A stretch of DNA of 64,000 bases from a candidate division WS6 bacterium OLB20 (GTDB taxonomy: Bacteria > Patescibacteriota > Dojkabacteria > B142 > OLB20), in assembly GCA_001567355.1 (NCBI GenBank), contig JYNZ01000003.1, forward strand, positions 530,263 through 594,262, given 5' to 3'. A program made the translations under genes and the position numbers. Positions 58,926-64,000 of this stretch are shown here, piece after piece (the first letter of the stretch is position 1; every line of letters begins with the position of its first letter). Under the pieces are notes generated by a model. That model saw nothing but the letters and a program-made list of their open reading frames with translations. It did no database searches and was not told the DNA's origin.

Positions 58926-59539
58926 CCTTCCTGCACCGAGACCAGATCAGCTTTAACGATCAGGCGCTGCCTGTTTCCGTTTTCACACGTCTGCAGAGTA
59001 AGCATTGGCGTTTCTGAAGTGCCGGTATACACTTCCGTCCGGGTAGGCTCCACCACAAAGCTGTGATTAAACCTGTACACGTAACGGTCTCCGTTAAACC
59101 TGATAATGAGTTCATCACCTGAGCGCAGTTCTCCCAGACGGTTGAAAAAACCACTCGGACCTTCGCGGTGAGCAAACAGATAGACGTTGCCTTCGGTCAC
59201 CGCTTCAAAGGGCAGGCGCGTGTATTTGCCATGTGCAACATACGAGTCAATCACTGGCATGTACACACTGCGCCGTGACGGATCGACATTGGCGACAATA
59301 TCCTTTCTGACACCAATGCGCGGGATTTCGATCGCATACTCCCAGACATCAACATCCGTTTTGAAGTGTAACGATACTGCGGGCTGGGTGATTTTGGGGT
59401 CTGTATCAGCTGTACTGGCAGCAAGAACGCTGCTTGCTCCGATTCGTATCGCGTTTTCCGGAGACACGAGCGCGTAAACGCCGCTGAAGGTAAACCCGGT
59501 GACGGCAATAACCACGATTGTGATAAGGATCCGGACCAT
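58922..59539 (-). CDS. Sortase family transpeptidase
   Basis: N-terminal TM, catalytic TLQTCE (TLxTC) motif, conserved His/Arg context. Confidence 0.7.
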   Translation of the reverse strand: MVRILITIVVIAVTGFTFSGVYALVSPENAIRIGASSVLAASTADTDPKITQPAVSLHFKTDVDVWEYAIEIPRIGVRKDIVANVDPSRRSVYMPVIDSYVAHGKYTRLPFEAVTEGNVYLFAHREGPSGFFNRLGELRSGDELIIRFNGDRYVYRFNHSFVVEPTRTEVYTGTSETPMLTLQTCENGNRQRLIVKADLVSVQEG

Positions 59540-59596
59540 GGGACAGGTGATATATATAGCTATATTATAGCATAATACACACACTTATCCACATTT

Positions 59597-61285
59597 CTAC
59601 AGGCTGATCTCGGCCAGGTTGCGGGCGTCAATATTCAGGACATAGCGTTTACCATCCTGATTGAGGGTAACGTTGCGCGTGCCCTGTACAAGCGTAACAT
59701 CTGTTACGTTTTTGCGGACAAGACGGCTCAGTGTCGAATTCAGATTCTGTGCATAAAGACTGTCCAGACCCTCACTTTTGTTGGAAACAAACAGAAACTC
59801 GGAATCCGAGACAAACTGCAGATACGAATGACGTGCGGGAAGCTGTGTCATCCGTGTTTTTTCGTGTGAGGTCAGGTCAATACTCCAGATGTGCGATCCG
59901 CTGCTCGAAGGCAGCAGAAGCAACGCATGCGTGCCGGAGGGGTTGATATCCATAACACTGAACTGGCCAGTGCTAATCTGCTCGAGATTTTCACCGTCAG
60001 CGGAAACCATCCATACCCCATTAGTAGTCGAGAACACAACTTTGTCTGCAGATACCTGCACCGAAGTAACATCCTCCTCGCCGTCATAGAGGACAACAGC
60101 GTCTTCACTGCCGGGTGTCATAGCAAACAGTTTACCCGGTTCATCGTTCTGGGCGGCAACAATGACCCCGCCACCCGTCTGCATGTCGACAGCATCTGCG
60201 GCAACTGAAGCCAGAGTCTCTGAGGTACCTTCATTAAGACTGATACGTGTGTAGGTTCCCGAGCCGCATAATACCAGGGCCTGAGTTGTGTTTTGTGTCA
60301 CGCGACTGCAGCTGAGTGCTGTGGTTGCAACGTTCTGTGCTCTGCGTCCGTTATAGTCTGACACAAACACCTGCCTGTTAAGGCCGTCATCCTTGATGGT
60401 AACTATCCTGCCCTCAGGTACCAGCAGTATGGTGCCAAACGAGTTCTGACCCTGCTTAAGCACCTGGGAACGCTCCAGTGTGTGATAGCCGTCCTCTTTA
60501 ATCCTTAAAGCGACAGTACCGGTGATATCAAGATCACTGACAGATACAGTTCCGTCATCACTGATATACCGTGCATCAAGCTGCTCAAATACTTCGCTTC
60601 TTCTGATCTCAACGCTGTCAGGTCTGAGATCCTCACCTGTCAGCCAGTTTTTAACCTGGGCTACAAGATCGGCTGCAGGGACAAGCTCCACAGTGCGCTC
60701 TGTCAGGCCGGATACGACTTCGACCTCGGTCTCAATATCCTTATAGTACGGTGAACGTATACGCAGGTTATACGTACCGACAAGCAGCCGTTCTGTCTCT
60801 GCGACAAAGTTTTCGTCATAGGATAGCGGTTCGTTGTTCAGTGTCATCTCAAACTCGGATGAGTAGAACGGGGTATCGTCAGGCAGGCTGATTTCAAAGC
60901 GCAACTGCCCGAACTCAAGACGCTGCATCGTGAACTCGGCGGTGTTGCTGAAGCGTTCGAGCCGGATATCTTCTGTTATTGTAGCGAATCCGTTTTTCTC
61001 AACCTTCACCTCGTATAACCCGTAGGCAATATCCGTGAGATTGAAGTATCCGGAGTCATCTGAATATGTCTCTCGACCCTGCGTGCTGATGCGCGCATCT
61101 TCGATCGCATTGCCTTCAGAATCATAGACATGGCCATCAATGGATGTCGGCAGCAGCGTCCTGTCAAAGCCGAACACTATAAGTACTATAGGGACTGCAA
61201 CCAGGATTGCGATGACACCCAGCAGAACCACAACACGCTGGGGATGATCAAAGATCGATTGTAAGAGTTTTCTGACAGGCTTCAT
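59597..61285 (-). CDS. Membrane-anchored surface protein with carboxypeptidase-regulatory-like (CarbopepD_reg) fold and beta-propeller-like C-terminal region
   Basis: N-terminal TM; GHVYDSEGNAIEDARI...GLYEVKVEKNGF transthyretin-like; repetitive beta-strand pattern after. Confidence 0.4.
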   Translation of the reverse strand: MKPVRKLLQSIFDHPQRVVVLLGVIAILVAVPIVLIVFGFDRTLLPTSIDGHVYDSEGNAIEDARISTQGRETYSDDSGYFNLTDIAYGLYEVKVEKNGFATITEDIRLERFSNTAEFTMQRLEFGQLRFEISLPDDTPFYSSEFEMTLNNEPLSYDENFVAETERLLVGTYNLRIRSPYYKDIETEVEVVSGLTERTVELVPAADLVAQVKNWLTGEDLRPDSVEIRRSEVFEQLDARYISDDGTVSVSDLDITGTVALRIKEDGYHTLERSQVLKQGQNSFGTILLVPEGRIVTIKDDGLNRQVFVSDYNGRRAQNVATTALSCSRVTQNTTQALVLCGSGTYTRISLNEGTSETLASVAADAVDMQTGGGVIVAAQNDEPGKLFAMTPGSEDAVVLYDGEEDVTSVQVSADKVVFSTTNGVWMVSADGENLEQISTGQFSVMDINPSGTHALLLLPSSSGSHIWSIDLTSHEKTRMTQLPARHSYLQFVSDSEFLFVSNKSEGLDSLYAQNLNSTLSRLVRKNVTDVTLVQGTRNVTLNQDGKRYVLNIDARNLAEISL

Positions 61286-61325
61286 CTTACAAATTGGTCG
61301 GGAATCTGTTACAATTACTATAAGA

Positions 61326-62291
61326 TTGCCCTTTGTCAGGGCATTTTTACTTTTTACGCCAGTTTACGTGAAGAACGCCAAAAAGATCCTGCTAGTAACA
61401 CGCAAAAATCCCGATTTTGACGCCTATATCAGTTTACAGCTACTGGCAGAAGTTATCAAACAGGACCTGAACAAGCCCGTCGAACTTGCTTGTGAGGCAG
61501 AGCTTCCCAAACAGTACGAGGCTGTATTCCCCATGCCCGAAATCAAACGCATGAAGGAACTGCCGCCCAAGAGCTTTGTCCTTGAATTCAAGAACCAGGA
61601 GAACAAAGTACAGAATATTCAATGGAACCAGGCAGAAGATAAACTCACACTGTTTCTGACAATGCAGCAGGGTGACCTTAATGCGAGCAACCTCAATGTG
61701 CAGATTGCCGGAACAAATCATGACCTGATCATGCTTATCGGCGTCAACAGTTTTGACGAGCTGGGCGAACTGTACAGCAAGTCGAGGAGTATCTTTGATG
61801 AGGCCAGGGTGGTCGCATTCGGCACAAATCCTCAGATCCGCCAGCAGAACGTTAAGGTCGTACAGGGTGATAAAGCGACATCACTGTCAGAGCAGGTGTT
61901 TGCGTATCTCGAAAGTAACGGCATCAAGATCAGCGAAGACCGCGCAAACCGCGTTCTGACCGGTATCTTCCATGCAACCAAAAACTTCAAGCAGAACGTT
62001 ACCAGCGCACAGACATATGAAACGGCAGCACGTCTGACCAAGATAGGAGCAACAAACGAGACAGCAAGCACAGCACTTGCCCGCACAGCATCAGATGCGG
62101 CAGACAAGGCAAAGTCACAGGCGCAATCGGCACAGAAGCCGTCAGACCAGCAGAGCAGGCCGGCGCAGGGTCAGACCGGAAGTCAGCAGGGCAGCCAGCC
62201 AGGAATGAAACCGGCTACTCAGAACCAGACTGCCACACAGTCATCTCAGAACCAGAAGGCAGATGAGCGCAGCAATAAAGCAGCGAATTGA
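61326..62291 (+). CDS. Degenerate DHH/DHHA1 (NrnA-like) family protein with Q/S/T-rich disordered tail
   Basis: ILLVTRKNPDFDAY (motif I), GTNHD in place of DHH, low-complexity C-terminus. Confidence 0.4.
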   Translation: MPFVRAFLLFTPVYVKNAKKILLVTRKNPDFDAYISLQLLAEVIKQDLNKPVELACEAELPKQYEAVFPMPEIKRMKELPPKSFVLEFKNQENKVQNIQWNQAEDKLTLFLTMQQGDLNASNLNVQIAGTNHDLIMLIGVNSFDELGELYSKSRSIFDEARVVAFGTNPQIRQQNVKVVQGDKATSLSEQVFAYLESNGIKISEDRANRVLTGIFHATKNFKQNVTSAQTYETAARLTKIGATNETASTALARTASDAADKAKSQAQSAQKPSDQQSRPAQGQTGSQQGSQPGMKPATQNQTATQSSQNQKADERSNKAAN

Positions 62292-63885
62292 CGACGCGCG
62301 CAGTATTCTGATCGTCCCCAAACAGGAAGGGGACCTTGATGTCCTTGCGGCATCATTTGCACTGGCGCGGTCGATGCATGTCAGCGGTAAAAAGCTGAGC
62401 ATGTACATCGACCCGGACGTATACACCGAAGTCCTTAAAGCAAAGTTTCCTCCCCAGAACATATCGTTCATGAAAAAGAACGAGCCTGGAAACATAGTCA
62501 TCAGTCTGGATAATGTCGATGCTCCGGTAAAGGAAGTGAAGTGGAAAGAGGAGAAGGGGACCGTAAACATCTACGTCACAACAGAAGGCGGTGATGTACC
62601 CGGAGACAAGATCAGGATTAACCAGAGTACACACCTGATCGACCTTGTCGTCATGGTTGACGCTTCGTCACCCGAAGATCTGGGTGATTTTTACCGCATG
62701 CACCGGCAGCAGTTTGCGCCCGAGCGTGTTGCGATATTCACTCCAACCGGGGTTAAATCACCGGATAATGTTACAGGATACGAGATCCGAACAGCATCAT
62801 TCTCTCAGGGAATGTTTGAATTTATGCAGCGTGAGTCTATGCACGTGGACGAAGACATCGCCACAACGCTGCTGGCGGGTCTGTACTGGAAGACAGAGAA
62901 CTTCAGCTACGATCTCAATGATGACTCCTTTGGCAGAGCTGCAGAACTTACACAGGCCGGTGCCGACCAGGAACTTGCGCGTAACATCGCCAACAGGACA
63001 TTGAGTCTTCATGATACCCGCTATTTTGCCGATATCTACAGTCACGTGGTGGCAGGCGACAACGGCATCTTCTACACCATTGTTCCGGAGCGCCAGACCA
63101 GGGAAAAAGAGCTGTTTACAGATCATGTCCCCGTAGCTGGGCTGATCGGATGCAGAGCTGCGTTTACCGTCGTACACGGCAGCAGCGCAAATACTGTTTA
63201 TATTAAAGCCAACAGCGGTGAGATCAATCTTGAAGCCGTTGTTGACAAGTACAAGGGCAGCCTGAGCAGAAACCGGGCTGTGATCACAAGCCAGACAGCT
63301 GCAGAAGCGCTGGCACAGGACATTGTCTCGCTGCTGAACAGTGAACGTAAGGAACAACCTGTACTGACGCCAGAGGAGGCCAAACTTCCCGCACCGACTG
63401 AAGAAGAGAAGAGGAGCGGACCCGATCATGATTTTGAGAAGACGCGCAAATGGCTTGATGAAATGAGTAAACAGAAACCCCGCGCAAAACGTCCTTCGCC
63501 TCGGCCATCGGTGACAGAACAGCGCAGCAGACGAGCGGAGACTCCCGCTGGTTCTGCTCCCGAAAGTCCGCGGGAGGTGCAGGAATACAAAGCCGAACCT
63601 CCAGCTAAGAAGGATGAGAAGTACGTTCCGGAACGGGCCGCTCCGGAAACACATGCCGGTTTATCCGGTCAGCCGGTTACGCCGGCAGCAAGTACACCCG
63701 CAGCCGAAGCCGCACCGGATGAGTTTTCACCATCTCCGATCACGCCGACCATCAGCGGCGATGATCCGCTTGCACCTGCTGTATCAATGCCCGAACCACT
63801 GGATCTTGATGGCAAACGTAATCAGCAGCAACAGCCGGATCCGTCGTTTGCCCCCAATACACCGCTACCGCCCGCAAGTATCTGA
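62263..63885 (+). CDS. Second degenerate DHH/DHHA1-like paralog with long P/A/E-rich disordered C-terminal extension
   Basis: ILIVPKQEGDLDVLAAS (motif I-like), similar architecture to upstream gene, 200-aa low-complexity tail. Confidence 0.4.
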   Translation: MSAAIKQRIDDARSILIVPKQEGDLDVLAASFALARSMHVSGKKLSMYIDPDVYTEVLKAKFPPQNISFMKKNEPGNIVISLDNVDAPVKEVKWKEEKGTVNIYVTTEGGDVPGDKIRINQSTHLIDLVVMVDASSPEDLGDFYRMHRQQFAPERVAIFTPTGVKSPDNVTGYEIRTASFSQGMFEFMQRESMHVDEDIATTLLAGLYWKTENFSYDLNDDSFGRAAELTQAGADQELARNIANRTLSLHDTRYFADIYSHVVAGDNGIFYTIVPERQTREKELFTDHVPVAGLIGCRAAFTVVHGSSANTVYIKANSGEINLEAVVDKYKGSLSRNRAVITSQTAAEALAQDIVSLLNSERKEQPVLTPEEAKLPAPTEEEKRSGPDHDFEKTRKWLDEMSKQKPRAKRPSPRPSVTEQRSRRAETPAGSAPESPREVQEYKAEPPAKKDEKYVPERAAPETHAGLSGQPVTPAASTPAAEAAPDEFSPSPITPTISGDDPLAPAVSMPEPLDLDGKRNQQQQPDPSFAPNTPLPPASI

Positions 63886-63900
63886 TGCTAGGATACTGCT

Positions 63901-64000
63901 ATGCTTAAAGCTGCAATCTTTGATTTTGACGGGACACTCGCTGATACATATCCTCTAACGATAGAGATACTGCGCCAGATGGCAGCAGAGGAACAGTGGC
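63901..64000 (+). CDS. HAD-superfamily hydrolase, N-terminal fragment (runs off window)
   Basis: Motif I AIFDFDGTLADT. Confidence 0.6.
   Translation, partial: MLKAAIFDFDGTLADTYPLTIEILRQMAAEEQW

Noticed and set aside
1-64000. CRISPR arrays, rRNA genes, transposases/integrases or prophage genes
   Set aside because: No direct-repeat/spacer periodicity, no rRNA-like conserved stretches, and no integrase/transposase motifs seen even next to tRNA-Ser (22600-23800)
1-64000. Alternative genetic code (UGA as Gly/Trp) as explanation for split genes
   Set aside because: Long intact ORFs terminate at UGA as well as UAA/UAG, and every split inspected is a frame change (most at homopolymers), not an in-frame stop

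Overview
This 64 kb window is a gene-dense, mostly housekeeping chromosomal region of a small-genome bacterium. I think a Patescibacteria/CPR-like (for example Saccharibacteria) or other Gram-positive-like lineage is plausible but cannot establish it from sequence alone. The standard genetic code applies and GC is about 50%. No CRISPR, rRNA or mobile elements were seen.

Recognisable genes:
- Translation and tRNA: valS, metG, serS, infB (a short IF-2), trmD, def, adk, tsaD, a TsaC-TsaE fusion, and one tRNA-Ser(GCU).
- DNA, protein and nucleotide handling: tatD, fpg, HU, dnaJ-like (no zinc finger), pepF, yifB/comM, ymdB-like, gmk-like, a rhomboid protease and two Nudix hydrolases.
- Regulation and uptake: a two-component pair (OmpR-type response regulator plus histidine kinase), an ECF sigma factor with a DUF4349 membrane partner, a TrmB regulator, a CaCA antiporter, an MFS transporter and a GH37 trehalase.
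- Carotenoid island: CrtI, CrtB, a lycopene-cyclase-domain protein, a GT2 glycosyltransferase and a membrane protein, preceded by an unusual DUF1295-alpha/beta-hydrolase fusion.
- Envelope and surface: PilN/PilO-like proteins, a DsbA-like protein, a secreted M23-like peptidase, and a sortase beside a large surface protein.

Most notable observations:
- Two candidate T-box riboswitch leaders can be read directly, each with a T-box motif, an antiterminator bulge and a competing terminator. One sits upstream of serS, with bulge UGGC matching the G73 discriminator of the tRNA-Ser in this window. One sits upstream of the operon that ends in valS, with bulge UGGU.
- ValRS carries an ASCH/PUA-like domain insertion of about 115 aa.
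- At least six genes (valS N-terminus, serS, the ECF sigma factor, an inositol monophosphatase (IMPase), a membrane protein, and a small secreted repeat protein) are split by frameshifts, at least five of which map to homopolymer runs. This pattern suggests homopolymer sequencing errors rather than true pseudogenes.
- Several low-confidence regulatory sites are listed: promoters, a CIRCE-like element before dnaJ, and intrinsic terminators including an orphan one that may end a small RNA.
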